DNA of 62,840 nt, counting the filler, from Chiloscyllium plagiosum (taxonomy: Eukaryota), in the NCBI RefSeq assembly GCF_004010195.1. It is 5 parts of one record of this genome, joined end to end, with 100 filler letters (N's around TTAATTAATTAA, not from the genome) between each part and the next. Parts side by side here need not be neighbours in the genome. Positions count along the whole stretch, not along the records: positions 26,365 to 45,949 come from NC_057710.1; positions 46,050 to 54,748 come from NC_057710.1; 3 more parts are not named here. The stretch is one strand, 5' to 3'. Both the position numbers and the translations under genes were made by a program. The notes beneath the pieces are model-generated. The model did not search any database. It was not told the origin of the DNA and saw nothing but the letters and a program-made list of their open reading frames with translations. Below, piece after piece: positions 37,745-51,149 of this stretch (its first letter is position 1; the number at the start of each line of letters is the position of its first letter).

Positions 37745-40700
37745 TTATCCTGTGAGTAATCCTCAGTTTTACCCAAGTGAGTAATCCTCACTGTTACGTG
37801 CGTAATCCACACTGTTACGCTGTGTGTAATCCTCACTTTTACCCATGTCAGTAATCCTCACTGTTATCCTGCCAGTAATGCTCACTGTTACCTTGTGAGT
37901 AATCCTCACTGTTACCCTGTCAGTAATGCTCACTGTTACCCTGTGAGTAATCCTCACTGTTACCTTGTGAGTAATCCTCACTGTTACCAATGTGTAATCT
38001 TCACTGTTACCCTGTGAGTAATGCTCAATGTTACTCTGTGAGTAATTCTCACTGTTACCCTGTGAGTAGTGCTCACTGTTGCCCTGTGAGTATTCCTCAC
38101 TGTTACCCATGTGCAATGTTCACTGTTACCCTGTGAATAATCCTCACAGTTACCCTATGAGTAGTGCTCACTGTCACCCTGTGAGTAATCCTCACTGTTA
38201 CCCATGTGCAATGTTCACTGTTACCCTGTGAATAATCCTCACTGTTACCCTGTGCGTAATCCACACTGTTACCCTGTGAGTAATGCTCATTGTTCCCACG
38301 TGAGTAATCCTCACTGTTACCCTGTGAGTAATGCTCATTGTTACCCTGTGAGTAATCGTCACTGTTACCCTGTGAGCAATCCTCACTGTTACCCTGTGAA
38401 TAAACCTCATTGTTACCCTGTGAGTAATCCTCCCTGTTACACTGTGAGTAATACTCAGTGTTACCCTGTGTGTAATCCTCACTGTTACCCCATGAGTAAT
38501 CCTCACTGTTACCCGGTGAGTAATCCTCACTGTTATCATATGAGTAGTGCTCACTATTACCCTGTGAGTAACCCTCACTGTTACTCATGTGAGTAATGCT
38601 CACTTTTACCCTGTGAGTAATCCTCACTGATACCCTGTGAGTAATCCATGATGTTACCCTGTGAATAAGCCTCATTGTTACCTTGTGAGTAATCCTCAAT
38701 GTTACCCTGTGAGTAATCCTCACTGTTACCCTGTGAGTAATGCGCACTGTTACCCTGTGAGTAATCCTCACTCTTACCCTGTGAGTAATCCTCACTGTTA
38801 TCCAATGAGTAGTGCTCACTCTTACCCTGGGTGCAATCCTCACTGTTACCCTGTGAGTAATCCTCACTGTTACCCTTAGAGCAGTGCTCACTGTTACCCT
38901 ATAAATAATCCTCACTGTTACCGTACGAGTAATCCTCAGTGCTACCCTCTGAGTAATCCACACTGTTACCATCTGAGTAATCCACACTGTTACCCTATGA
39001 GTAATCCAAGCTGTTACCCTGTGAATAATTCTCATTGTTACCTTGTGAATTATCCTCATTGTTACCCTGTGAGTAATCCCCACTGTTACCCTGTGAGTAA
39101 TCCTCACAGTTACCCTGTGAATTATCCGCATTGTTACCCTGTGAATAATCCTCACTGTTACCTTGTGAGTAATCCTCACTGTTACCTTGTGAGTTATCTC
39201 ACTCTTACCCTGTGAGTAATCCTCACTGTTATCCATGTGTAATGTTCACAGTTACCCTGTGAGTGATCCTCACCGTTACCCATGTGTAATGTTCACTGTT
39301 ACCCTGTGAGTAAACCTCACTGTTACCCTGTGCGTAATCCACACTGTTACCCTGTGAGTAAGCCACAATTTTATCCATGTGAGTAATCCTCACTGTTATC
39401 CTGTGAGTAATGTTCACTGTTACCATGTGAGTAATCCTCACTGTTACCCATTTGCAATGCTCACTGTTACCCTGTGAGAAATCCTCACTGTTACCCTGTG
39501 AGTACCGCTCACTGTAACCCTGTCAATATTCCTCAATGTTACCCTGTGAGTAGTGCTCACTGTTACCCTGTGAGTAATCCTCACTGTTACCCATTTGTAA
39601 TGTTTACTGTTACCCTGCTAGTAATCCTCACTGTTACCCATGTGTAATGTTCACTGTTACCATGTGAGTAATGCTCACGGTTACCCTTAGAGCAATGCTC
39701 ACTGTTACCCTGTGAGTAATCTTCAGTGTTACTCTATGAGTAATCCTCAGTGTTACCCTGTGAGTAATCCACACTGTTACCCTGTGAGCAATCCTCACTG
39801 TTACCCTGTGAGCAATGCTCACTGTTACCTTGTGAGTATTCCTCACTGCTACCCAGTGAGTAGTGCTCACTGTTACCCTGTGATTAATCCTCACTGTTAT
39901 CCAGTGTGTAACCCTCACTGTTATCCTATGAGTAATCCTCATTTTTACCCTGTGGACAATCCTCTCGGTTACCCTGTCAGTAACGGTCACTGTTACCTTG
40001 TGAGTAATCCTCACTGTTACCCTAAGAGTAATCCTCACTGTTACCCTCAGAGTAATCCTCACTGTTACCCAATGAGTAATCCTCAGTGTTACCCTGTGAG
40101 TAATCCACGCTGTTACACTGTGAATAATCCTCATTGTTACCTTGTCAGTAATCCTCACTGTTACCCTGTGAGTAATCCTCACTGTTATCCTGTGAGTAGT
40201 GCCCTCTGTTACCCTGTCAGTATTCCTCACTGTTACCCTGTGAGTAGTGCTCATTGTTACCCTGTGAGTAATCCTCACTGTTACCCATGTGTAATGTTCA
40301 CTGTTACCTTGCTAGTAATCCTCACTGTTACCCTGTGAATAATCCTCATTGTTATCCTGTCAGTAATCCTCACTGTTACCCTGTGAGTAGTGCTCACTGT
40401 TACACTATGAGTAAACCACACTGTTACACAGTGAGTAATCCTCACTGTTACTCTTGTGAGTAATGCTCACTGTTACCCTGTGAGTAATCCTCATTGTTAC
40501 CCTAAGAGTAATCCTCACTGTTACCCTATGAGTAATCCTCAGTGTTACCCTGTGAGTAATCCACGCTGTTACACTCTGAATAATCCTCCTTGTTACCTTG
40601 TGAGTAATCATCACTGTTACCCTCTAGTAATCCTCACTGTTGTCCTGTGAGTAGTGCTCACTATTACCCTGTCAGTATTCCTCACTGTTACCCTGTGAGT

Positions 40701-42222
40701 AATCCTCACTGTTATCCTGTGAGTAGTGCTCACTGTTACCCTGTCAGTATTCCTCACTGTTACCCTGTGAGTAATCCTTACTGTTACCCTATGAATAATC
40801 CTCATTGTTACTCTGTGAGTAATCCTCACTGTTACCCTGTGAGTAGTGCTCACTGTTACACTATGTGTAAACCTCACTGTTACCCTGTGAGTAATCCTCA
40901 TTGTTACCCATGTGTAATGCTCACTTTTAGCCTGTGAGTAATCCTCACCGTTACCCTGTGAGTACTGCTCACTGTTACACTGTGAGTAATCCTCATTGTT
41001 ACTCATGTGAGTAATGCTCACTGTTACCCTGTGAGTAATCCTCATTGTTACTGATGTGTAATGCTCACTTAAGAGTAATCCTCACTGTTACCCTAAGAGT
41101 AATCCTCACTGTTACACTCAGAGTAATCATCACTGTTACCCAATGAGTAATCCTCAGTGTTACCCTGTGAGTAATCCAGGCTGTTGCACTGTGAATAATC
41201 CTCATTGTTACCTTGTCAGTAATCCTCACTGTTATCCTGCAAGTAATCCTCACTGTTACCCTGTCAGTATTCCTCACTGTTACCCTGTGAGTAGTGCTCA
41301 CTGTTACACTGTGAGTAATCCTCGCTGTTATCCTGTGAGTGGTGCTCACTGTTACCCTGTGTGTAAACATCACTATTACCCTATGAGTAATCCTCATTGT
41401 TACACTGTGAGTAATCCTCACTGTTACTCTGTGAGTAATCCTCACTGTTACCCTGTGAGTAATCCACGCTGTTACCCTGTGAATAATCCTCATTCATATC
41501 TTGTGAGTAATCCTCACTGTTACACTGTGTGTAATGCTCACTGTTAACCTGTGAGCAATGCTCACTGTTACCCTGTGAGTAGTGCTCACTGTTACCCTGT
41601 GAGTAATCCTCACTGTTATCCTGTGAGTACTGCTCACTGTTAACCTGGGAGCAATCTTCACTGTTACCCTTAGAGCAGTGCTCACTGTTGCTCTGTGAGT
41701 AATCCTCACTGTTATCCGATGAGTAGTGCTCACTGTTACCCTGTGAGTATTCCTCACTGTCACTCTCTGAGCAGTGCTCACTGTTACCCTGTGAGTAATC
41801 CTCACTGTTACGCTGTGAGTACTGCTCACTGTTAACCTGGGAGCAATCTTCACTGTTACCCTTAGAGCTGTGCTCACTGTTACCCTGTGAGTAATCCTCA
41901 CTGTTACCCTATGAGTAGTGCTCACTGTTACACTATGTGTAAACCTCACTGTTAAACTGTGAGTAATCCTCACTGTTACTCATGTGAGTAATGCTCACTG
42001 CTACCCTGTGAGTAATCCTCATTGTTACCCATGTGTAATGCTCATTTTTAGTCTGTGTGTAATTCTCACAGTTACCCTGTGAGTACTGCTCACTGTTACA
42101 CTGTGAATAATCCTCACTGTTGCCCTGCGAGTAATCCTCACTCTTACCCTAGGAGTAATCCTCACTGATACACTGTGAGTAATGCTCACTGTTACCCTGT
42201 GAGTAATCCTCACTGTTACACT
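37745..42222. repeat. 24-bp satellite, consensus CCTCACTGTTACCCTGTGAGTAAT, at least 4.4 kb, running into a gap
   Basis: Contiguous head-to-tail units with variants. Confidence 0.97.
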
Positions 42223-42722
42223 NNNNNNNNNNNNNNNNNNNNNNNNNNNNNNNNNNNNNNNNNNNNNNNNNNNNNNNNNNNNNNNNNNNNNNNNNNNNNN
42301 NNNNNNNNNNNNNNNNNNNNNNNNNNNNNNNNNNNNNNNNNNNNNNNNNNNNNNNNNNNNNNNNNNNNNNNNNNNNNNNNNNNNNNNNNNNNNNNNNNNN
42401 NNNNNNNNNNNNNNNNNNNNNNNNNNNNNNNNNNNNNNNNNNNNNNNNNNNNNNNNNNNNNNNNNNNNNNNNNNNNNNNNNNNNNNNNNNNNNNNNNNNN
42501 NNNNNNNNNNNNNNNNNNNNNNNNNNNNNNNNNNNNNNNNNNNNNNNNNNNNNNNNNNNNNNNNNNNNNNNNNNNNNNNNNNNNNNNNNNNNNNNNNNNN
42601 NNNNNNNNNNNNNNNNNNNNNNNNNNNNNNNNNNNNNNNNNNNNNNNNNNNNNNNNNNNNNNNNNNNNNNNNNNNNNNNNNNNNNNNNNNNNNNNNNNNN
42701 NNNNNNNNNNNNNNNNNNNNNN
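42223..42722. other. Assembly gap (500 N)
   Basis: Run of N. Confidence 1.
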
Positions 42723-43399
42723 TTCAGCCTCTCCCTGTGGCTCAAATCCTCCAACTCTGGCACCATCCTTGTAAATCTTTTCTGAATCCTTTCAGGTTTC
42801 ACATAATCCTTTTGATAGGAAGGAGACCAGAATTGCATGCAGTTTTCCAAAAGTGACCCAACCAATGTCCAGTCCAGCTGCAACATGACCTCCCAACTGC
42901 TATACTCAATGCTCTGACCGGTAAAGGCAAATGTACCAAACACCTTCTTCACTATCCTATCTACCTGCGACTCCACTTTCAGCGAACTATGAACCCACAC
43001 TCCAAGGCCTCTTTGATCAGCAGTAGTAAACCCTGCCTCTGAGCCAGGGGGTCTGCTCTGCGTTTGAGACCCATCTCTTGATGAAGATGCATCATAAATG
43101 GCCAAACAGGTTGGGCACCAACCTGGAAACACACACCAATGGCAGGAGGAAAGCTAAGAAGAGATTCCTGTTCAGCCAGTGCTGGGGAGACAGTTGGAAT
43201 TCCTCCATAGCCCCTGGCTGCAGCACATATATATAAAATTGCATGTTACCATGTCAACACAGCTTCTCTCAGTGAACTGTAATATTTCATTGAGTTGCCA
43301 CCAGACACTGTCAACCTTGTCCCAATCACTCTACAAAGACTTCATAATTTCTGATAGCCTTTTCTGTCCACTCTATCCAGGCCTCTCAGTATTTTATAA

Positions 43400-45520
43400 G
43401 TTTCAACCAGGTTCCGCCCCCCCCCAATCCTTCTAAGCTCCAGAGGCCCCAACCACTCCTCATATGACAAGCCCTTCATCCCCAGGATCATTCTATAAAC
43501 CTCCTCTGGGCCTTGTCCAGTGCCAGCATGTCCTTTCTTAGATACACAAATGTGCTCGCATATTTCAAATGCAGTCTGAGCAGAGCCTTATACAGCTTTA
43601 GCAGTACATCCCTGCTCTTGTATTCTAGCCCTTTTGAAATGAATGCTAACATTGCATTTGCCTTCCTCACTGCTAACTGAACCTACATGCTAACCTTAAG
43701 GAAATCTTGAACTCGGACTCCCAAGTTCCTTTGTGCTTCAGATTTTCAAAGCTTTTCTCCAATCAGAAAGCAGTCTACACCCCTATTCTTCTTACCAAAG
43801 TGTATGGCCTCACACTTTCCCACATTGTGTTCCATCTGCCACTTCTTTGCCCACACTCCTCGCCTATGCAAGTCCTTCTGTAGCTTTCCCGCTTCCTCAA
43901 CACTACCTGCCCCTCCACCTATCTTAGTGTCACCTCCACACTTAGCAACAATGCCCTTGTTCCTTTGTTCAGATCATTAATGTACAATGTGAATAGCTGT
44001 GGTCCCAACACTGACCACTGTGGAACTCCACTAACTACCAGCGGCCATCCTGAAAAAGACCCCTTTATCCCTACTCTGGACCTTCTGCCAGTCAGCCAAT
44101 CCTCTATCCATGTCAGTAGCTTGCCCCTAACACCATGGGCTCTCATCTTGTTTAGCAGCCTCCTATGCAGAACCTTGTCAAGGGCCTTCTGGAAATCCAA
44201 ATTGATCACGTCCACTGCTTCTCCTTTGTCTAATTTCCTTGTTACCTCCTCAAAGAATTCTAACAGATTTGTCAGGCATGACCTCCCCTCAATTTTCCCC
44301 ATTTTACCAAGTACTTCCAAGTACTCTATAATCTCATCCTTAATAATGGACTTACAAATGACCAAGGTAAAACTAACCGGCCTGTATTTCCTGTCTTCTG
44401 GCTCCCTCCCTTCTTAAGCCGGGGTGTTACATTGGCCATTTTCCAGTCCTCTGGAACCCTCCCTGACTCCAGTGACTCCTGAAAGATCACCACCAATGTC
44501 TCTACAATCTCCCCAGCTATCTCCATCAGACCTTTCAGCTTCCCCAGCACCTTCTCCTTACTGATGGCCACTACTCTCACCTCTGCCCCCTCACTCTCTT
44601 GACGTTCTGATAGGCTGCTGGTGTCTTCCACTGTGAAAACTGTTGCAAAGTACCTGTTCAGTTCCTCCTCCATTTCTTTGTTCCCCATTACTATTTCTTC
44701 AGACTTATATTTCAGTGGTCCCTTGCCCATTGTTGCCTCTCTCATATTGTTTAGATGTCTCTTGCAATCTTCTTTTATATTATGAGTTACCTTATTTTCA
44801 TATTTCATCTCCTCACCCCATTCTTTTTCTTTAAATTATCGTCTGTTGGTTTTTAAACACTTCCCAATCCTGTGGATTCCTACTACACTTCACAATTTTG
44901 TGCTTTGTTTTTTATTTTTATGTTTTCCCTGCCTTCCCTTGTCAGTCATGGTAGCCTCATCCTCCCTTATACGTTTCTTCTTCCTGGGGATGACTTTCTG
45001 CTGTGTCTCCCTGAATTACCCCCAGAAACCCCTGCCATTGCTGCTCCACCACCTTCCCTGCTGGGCTCCCCTTCCAATTTACTCTGGCCAGCTCCTCCCT
45101 CATGCCTTTGTCATTACCTTTACTCTATTGTAACACCAGGAGAAAATGAGGACTGCGGATGCTGGAGATCAGAGTCGAGAGTGCGGTGCTGGAAAAGCAC
45201 AGCAGGTCAGGCAGCATCCGAAGAGTAGGAGAATCGACGTTTCGGGCAGAAGCCCTCCATCAGGAAATGTGATTCCTGATGAAGGGCTTATGCCTGAAAC
45301 ATCGATTCTCCTGCTCCTCAGATGCTGCCTGACTTGCTGTGCTTTTCCAGCACCACACTCTCGATTCTGTTGTAACACCATTTCATCTGATTCCAGCTTC
45401 TAACTGCGCGGTGAATTCTATCACATTATGGTCACTCCTATGGGTTCCTTCACTATGAATTCCCTGATCAAGTCTGCCTCATTACACATCATTAAATCCA
45501 GAACTGCTTGTTCCTTAAGG
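43400..45520 (-). mobile_element. CR1 LINE degenerate ORF2
   Basis: SCLTNLLEFFEEVT, DFQKALDKV, GVPQWSVLGPQLF. Confidence 0.88.
45139..45365. mobile_element. Palindromic Penelope-derived insert (family A) with 15-bp TSD
   Basis: About 95-bp inverted arms around GAAATGTGATTC. TSD TCT(A/G)TTGTAACACCA at 45124-45138 and 45366-45380. Confidence 0.82.
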
Positions 45521-45549
45521 GGTCTAGATTAGTGTGGTGCTGGAAAAGC

Positions 45550-45949
45550 TACCAACCTTCCCATAAACCGCATCATCCGCCGACATTTCTGCCACCTCCA
45601 AACAGACCCCACCACCAGGGATATATTTCCCTCCCCACCCCTTTCCGCCTTCCGCAAAGACCGTTCCCTCCGTGACTACCTGGTCAGGTCCACGCCCCCC
45701 TACGACCCACCCTCCCATCCTGGCACCTTCCCCTGCCACCGCAGGAACTGTAAAACCAGCGCCCACACCTCCTCCCTCACCTCCATCCAAGGCCCCAAAG
45801 GAGCTTTCCACATCCATCAAAGTTTTACCTACACATCCACTCATATCATTTATTGTATCCGTTGCTCCCGATGCAGTCTCCTCTACATTGGGGAGACTGG
45901 GCGCCTCCAAGCAGAGCGCTTTAGGGAACATCTCCGAGACACCCACACC
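45550..45949 (+). mobile_element. Penelope-like element, Cys-rich linker and GIY-YIG endonuclease fragment
   Basis: PGTFPCHRRNCK...IIYCIRCSRCSLLYIGETGRLQAERFREHL. Confidence 0.88.
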
Positions 45950-46049
45950 NNNNNNNNNNNNNNNNNNNNNNNNNNNNNNNNNNNNNNNNNNNNTTAATTA
46001 ATTAANNNNNNNNNNNNNNNNNNNNNNNNNNNNNNNNNNNNNNNNNNNN
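45950..46049. other. Artificial scaffold linker
   Basis: N44-TTAATTAATTAA-N44. Confidence 0.95.
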
Positions 46050-46050
46050 T

Positions 46051-46359
46051 CAGATTACTTACAGTGTGGAAACAGGCCCTTCGGCCCAACAAGTCCACAC
46101 CGACCCGCCGAAGCGCAACCCACCCAGACCCATTCCCCTACATTTATTTACCCCTTTAACCTAACACTACGGGCAATTTAGCATGGCCAATTCACCTGAC
46201 CTGCACATTTTTGGACTGTGGGAGGAAACCGGAGCAAACCCGCACAGGCACGGGGAGAATGTGCAAACTCTACACAGTCAGTCGCCTGAGGCGGGAATTG
46301 AACCCGGGTCTCTGGCGCTGTGAGGCAGCAGTGCTAACCGCTGTGCCACCGTGCCGCCC
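46051..46359 (-). mobile_element. HE1-type SINE, near-intact
   Basis: Minus strand GGGCGGCACGGTGGCACAGCGGTTAGCACTGCTGCCTCACAGCGCCAGAGACCCGGGTTCAATTCCCG with A and B boxes. Confidence 0.9.
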
Positions 46360-46604
46360 ATTAAGATGAATGCTAAACAATAAGGTAGAAAACCTGGTAT
46401 TAAATTGTGGTGTGAAAATACAGAGAGGCGGCAGAAAGGCTAATCGTGGGTGATGAGTACAACAGGAAACAGTAAATGCTGTTATAAGTGCAGAAAAATA
46501 AAAGTGGTAAAGAAAATAACTGGTGCAGTTTTCAAAAGAAGGTGGCAGAGCAGCTGGAGAGGCTGGCAAAAGAGCAAATCGATTCACTCACACCATGTGG
46601 ATTT

Positions 46605-46885
46605 GGGAGTGGTACGGTGTATTCGTGGTTAGCACTGCTACCTCACAGTGCCAGGGACCTGGGTTCGATTCCAGCCTCAGGCGACTTTCTGTATGTGGAG
46701 CTCGCACGTTCTCTTTGTATCTGTCCGGGTTTCCTTCCACAGTCCAAAGATGTGCAGATTCGGTGGGTTGGCCTTGGGAAATGCAGGGTTATAGTGTAGG
46801 GGAATGAGCCTGTGTGGGATATTCTTCAGAGAGTCAGTGTGGATTTGTTGGGCTGAACGGCCTGTTTCCACACAGTAGGGATTAT
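46605..46885 (+). mobile_element. HE1-type SINE
   Basis: GTGGTTAGCACTGCTACCTCACAG...GGGTTCGATTCC head and GGCCTGTTTCCACAC tail. Confidence 0.85.
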
Positions 46886-47129
46886 ATGGTAAATTACTGG
46901 CCAATCAACATTCATTGCCTAGTTCCTTAAGAATGTGGTGGTGAGCTGCCTTCTTGAACCACTTCAGCTTTGTTCAAGCAGGGATGAGTAAGAAAGCCGG
47001 CTTTGTCGCACTAAATCATTTGAAAACTTTCAGGCAATGCCTTTCCCTCCAGCAGAAAGCAACTAAGATGGGGAGGCATCACTTTAGCACATACATTACA
47101 GCCTGGAAGCAGTCCCCTGCACTGAAGAA

Positions 47130-49480
47130 CGGACAGATGGGGTGGAATTTGTTAAGTGCGTTCAGGAAAGTTTCCTCAAGCAGTTATATGGAGGGTCCCA
47201 CTTGGGAAGGGGCAAAGCTTGACCTACTTTTGGAAAATAGGACAGGTGCTAGTGGGGGAGCACTCTGGAACCAGTGACTATAGTTGTATTAATTTTAAAG
47301 TAGTTATGGAGAGGGACAAAACTGGTCCACAGGTTTTAAACTGGGGCAAGGTGAATTTTGATGGGATTAGACAGGAGCTTGCAGGGGGAGTAGTTAGTTT
47401 GTAGACAAAGGGACCTCCGGCAAGTGGGAGGCCTTTAAAAGTGAGATAACGAGAGTTCAAGGTCTATCTGTTCCTGTGAGGGTGAAGGGCAAGGTTGGCA
47501 GGAGTAGGGAACCCTGGATGGCAAGAGATATTGAGGCTTTGACCAGAAAAAAGGAGGAGGGGTGGCCCAGGTACAGGCAGCTGGGATCAAGGGAATCCCT
47601 GGAGGTATACAAGGGACACAGGAGTTTACTGAAGAAGGAAATCAGGAGGGTGAAAAGGGGGCACGTGATAGCATTGGCTGAGAAGATTGGGGTGAGCCCA
47701 AAGAGAAACTTTAAGTGTTTTAAAGGAAAGTGAATAACTAGAGAGAGAATAGGGCCCCTCAAAGACCAAAGTGGACATTTTTGTGTTCAACAGAAGGAAA
47801 TGGGTGAGGTCCTTAATGAATATTTCTTCTGTATTTACCGTGGAGAAAGACAAGAAGACTTTGGAGCTTGGGGACGTTAATGGTGATATCTTGGGGACAG
47901 TCCATATAACAGGAGATATTAGAATGCATGAAGGTGGATAAATCTCCTGGTCCTGACCAGATATATCCAAGAACACTGCAAGAGGCTCCAGAAGAAACTG
48001 AAGGGGCCCTGGCTGATATTTTTGCATCATCGTTAGCCATGGGTAGGGTCCTGGAAGAGTGGAGGGTAGCGAATGTTGTGCCCTTATTCAGGAAGAGCTG
48101 CAAATAAAAACCTGGGAACTATAGACCAGTAAGCTTAGCATCTGTGGTAGGTAAGTTACTGGAGATGCTTCTGAGGGTTAAGATATCTGGAAAGACAGGG
48201 TTTGATTAGGAATGTCAGTGTGGCTTTGTGAGTGGGAGATCGTGCCTCACAAATTTGTTAGTTCTTTGATGAAGTGACCAGGAAGGTTAATGAGGGCAGG
48301 GTGGTAGACGTAGTCTATATGGATTTCAGTGAAACCTTTGATAAGGTTCCACATGGTAGGCTGCTCTGGAAGGTTAGATCGCATTGAATCCAGGGTGAGC
48401 TGACAAATTGGATACACAGTTGGCTTTATGGTAGGAAGCAGAGGGTAATAGTGGAAGGATGCTTGTCAGACTGGAGGCCTGTGACTAATGGAGTGCCTCA
48501 GAGGTCAGTGCTGGGCCCATTGCTGTTTGATATCTATATCAATGATTTGGATGAGAATGTACAAGGCATGATGAGTAAGTTTGCATATGACACTAAAATA
48601 GGTGGTATCGTGGACAGTGAGGAAGGTTCTCAGAAATTGCAGCAGGACCTGGATCAGCTGGGGAAGTGGGCTCAGAAATGGCAAATGGAGTTTAATATAA
48701 ATAAGTGTAAGGTCTTGCATTGTGGAAAGTCAAATCAAGGTAGGAGTTTCATGGTGAATGGTAGGGCCTTAAGGAGTGAAGTGGAACAGAGAGACCTTGG
48801 AGTTCAGGTTCACAGTTCCCTGAAAGTGGAGTCACAGGTAGATAGGGCAATGAAGAAGGCTTTTGGCACACTGGCCTTCATCAGTCAGGGCATTGAGTAT
48901 AGATACTGGGAAGTTATGTTGTAGTTGAACAGGATGTTGGTGAGGCCGCATTTGGAGTATTGCGTTCAGTTTGGTCACCTTGTTATAGGAAGGGTGTTAT
49001 TAAACTGGAAAGAGTGCAGAAAAAAAATTACAAGGATGTTACCTGGACCCAAGGGTCTGAGTTATAGGGAGAGGTTGGACAAGCTAGGACTTTTTTCTTC
49101 AGAGGGTAGGAGGCTGAGGGGGGATCTTACAGAGGTGTATAACATCATGAGAGGCCTGGATAGGGTGAATACACTTTTTTTTTCCCCAGGGTTGGCGAAT
49201 CGAGGATTAGAGGGCATCAGATTAAGATTGGAGGGTAAAGAAGAAAAGGTAATCTGAGGGTCAACCTTTGTAGACAGAGGGTGGTGCGTATATGGAATGA
49301 GCTGCCAGAGGAAGTAGTTGAGGCAGGTACATTAACATTTAAAAGGCATTTGGACAAATACATGGATAGGAAAGGATTAAAAGGATATGGGTCAAGTGCA
49401 GGGAATGGGGTTAGCATGGACCAGTTTGGGCAAAAGGGCCTGTCTCCCTGCTGTAGGACTCTATGACTCTATGATCCTAT
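47130..49480 (+). mobile_element. CR1 LINE degenerate ORF2 and 3' UTR
   Basis: ORFs 47476-47733, 48451-48924 (GVPQRSVLGPLLF, KFAYDTK) and 48925-49257. Confidence 0.92.
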
Positions 49481-49631
49481 GACTTTCCTTTGGCCTCAAC
49501 ACCACACATTTTAGACAGGAGTTCAAGGCTTGGAAGGAAAGATAGATTCGTACCAGTGACAAAGCTCTTGGAGTGAATGAGGATGCTGAGATTTTTGATC
49601 CTTCGAGCAGGGAAAATTAAAGAGGAGAGTT

Positions 49632-49758
49632 CATGGAGTCATGGAGTCATGGAGTCATGGAGCCATGGAGTCATGGAGCCATGGAGCCATCGAGTCATGG
49701 AGTCATCGAGTCATCGAGTCATCGGGTCATCGAGCCATTGAGTCATCGAGTCATCGAG
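49632..49758. repeat. 8-bp microsatellite (CATGGAGT/CATCGAGT)n, an expanded CR1 tail
   Basis: Abuts the minus-strand CR1 3' end at about 49755-50350. Confidence 0.85.
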
Positions 49759-51149
49759 ATGTACAGTACAGAAACAGATCCTTCAGTCCAATTTATCCAT
49801 ACCGGCCAGATATCCTAACCTAATCTAGTCCCATTTGCCAGCACTTAGTCCATATCCCTCTAAACCCTTCCTATTCAGAAACCCATTCAGATGCCTTTTA
49901 AATGTTGTAATTATACCAGTCTCCACCACTTCCTCTGGCAGCTTATTCCATACCCATACCACCCACTGTGTGAAAAAGTTGCCTCTTAGGTCCCTTTTAA
50001 ATCTTTTCGCTCTCACCCTAAACTTCTGCCCTCCAGTTCAGGACTCCCCCACCCCAGAGAAAAGACCTTGTCTATTTACCCTATCCATGCCCCTCATGAT
50101 TTTAAAAACCACTATAAGGTCACCCCTCAGCCTCTGACGCTCCAGGGAAAACAGCCCCAGCCTATTCAACGTCTCCCTATAGCTCAAATCCTCCAACCCT
50201 GGCAACATCCTTGTAAATCTTTTCTGAACCCTTTCAAGTTTCACAACATTCACACCAGAATTGCAAGCAATATTCCAAAAGTGGCCCTAACCAATGTCCT
50301 GTACAGCCGTTCGATGCCCTCCCAACTCCTATACTCAATACTCTGACCAATAATGGAAAGTTGTGCAAAAGTGATGAAACTATTTGTTTCCACTGGAGGA
50401 TGCGGTGTACATGTTTTACAGAAATGCATAAACTATCAGGAAGTGAAACTGGTAATTCAGATCTGCTGACCGATGCCACAGTTTGTGCTCCACACCATCC
50501 TCCTCTCCCTCTGGCCTTCATTTAACCCAAGCAACAAATCCCTCAATTCCTTTTTCTTATATCTAGTTATCTAGCTTCCCCTTAAAAACATCGAAGCTAT
50601 TGTCCCAGCAATCTCCTGTGGTGCTCATTCCCACATTCTGACTCCTCTGGGGAAAATCATTTCTTGACAGCATTCAGCATTGGAGAATCGGGATTGGGAG
50701 TGGGAGCAGGCAATTCAGCTCTTCAAGCCCGCTCTGACATTTAACATGATCATGGCTGACCATATCCTGGCCTAAACTCCATTCTCCTGCCTGATCTCCA
50801 TAGCTCTTTATTCTGCTTTTGTATCAGAAACATAGCGATTTCTGTCTGGAATCTGTTGCACTCTGGGGCAGTGAGCTCCACAGATTCCCAACCCTCTGAG
50901 AGGTGTAGTGTCTACACATCTCAGTGTTGAACCTACCTCCTCTCACTCCATGTCTATGAGCTTGTGTTTGAGAAGGTCCCAAAAAAGGGTACATCTGTTC
51001 ACCATCCACTTTATCAATCCCCTTTATTACTTTATATCACAGCCCCGCTTCATTCCCCTGACCTACAGTGACTAAAAGGTCAAGTTATTCAACCGTTCCT
51101 CGTGCATCACACCTTTCATCTCAGGAATCAAACTGGTGACCCTCCTCTA

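Noticed and set aside
37769..42213. Long repetitive ORFs (VTVRITHR, SEDYSQGN and NPHCYPVS repeats) and a CRISPR-like look
   Set aside because: They result from a 24-bp period divisible by three. Units are contiguous with no unique spacers, there are no cas genes, and the context is vertebrate.
46280..46359. tRNA gene
   Set aside because: It is the tRNA-derived head of an HE1 SINE and continues into the SINE body and tail.
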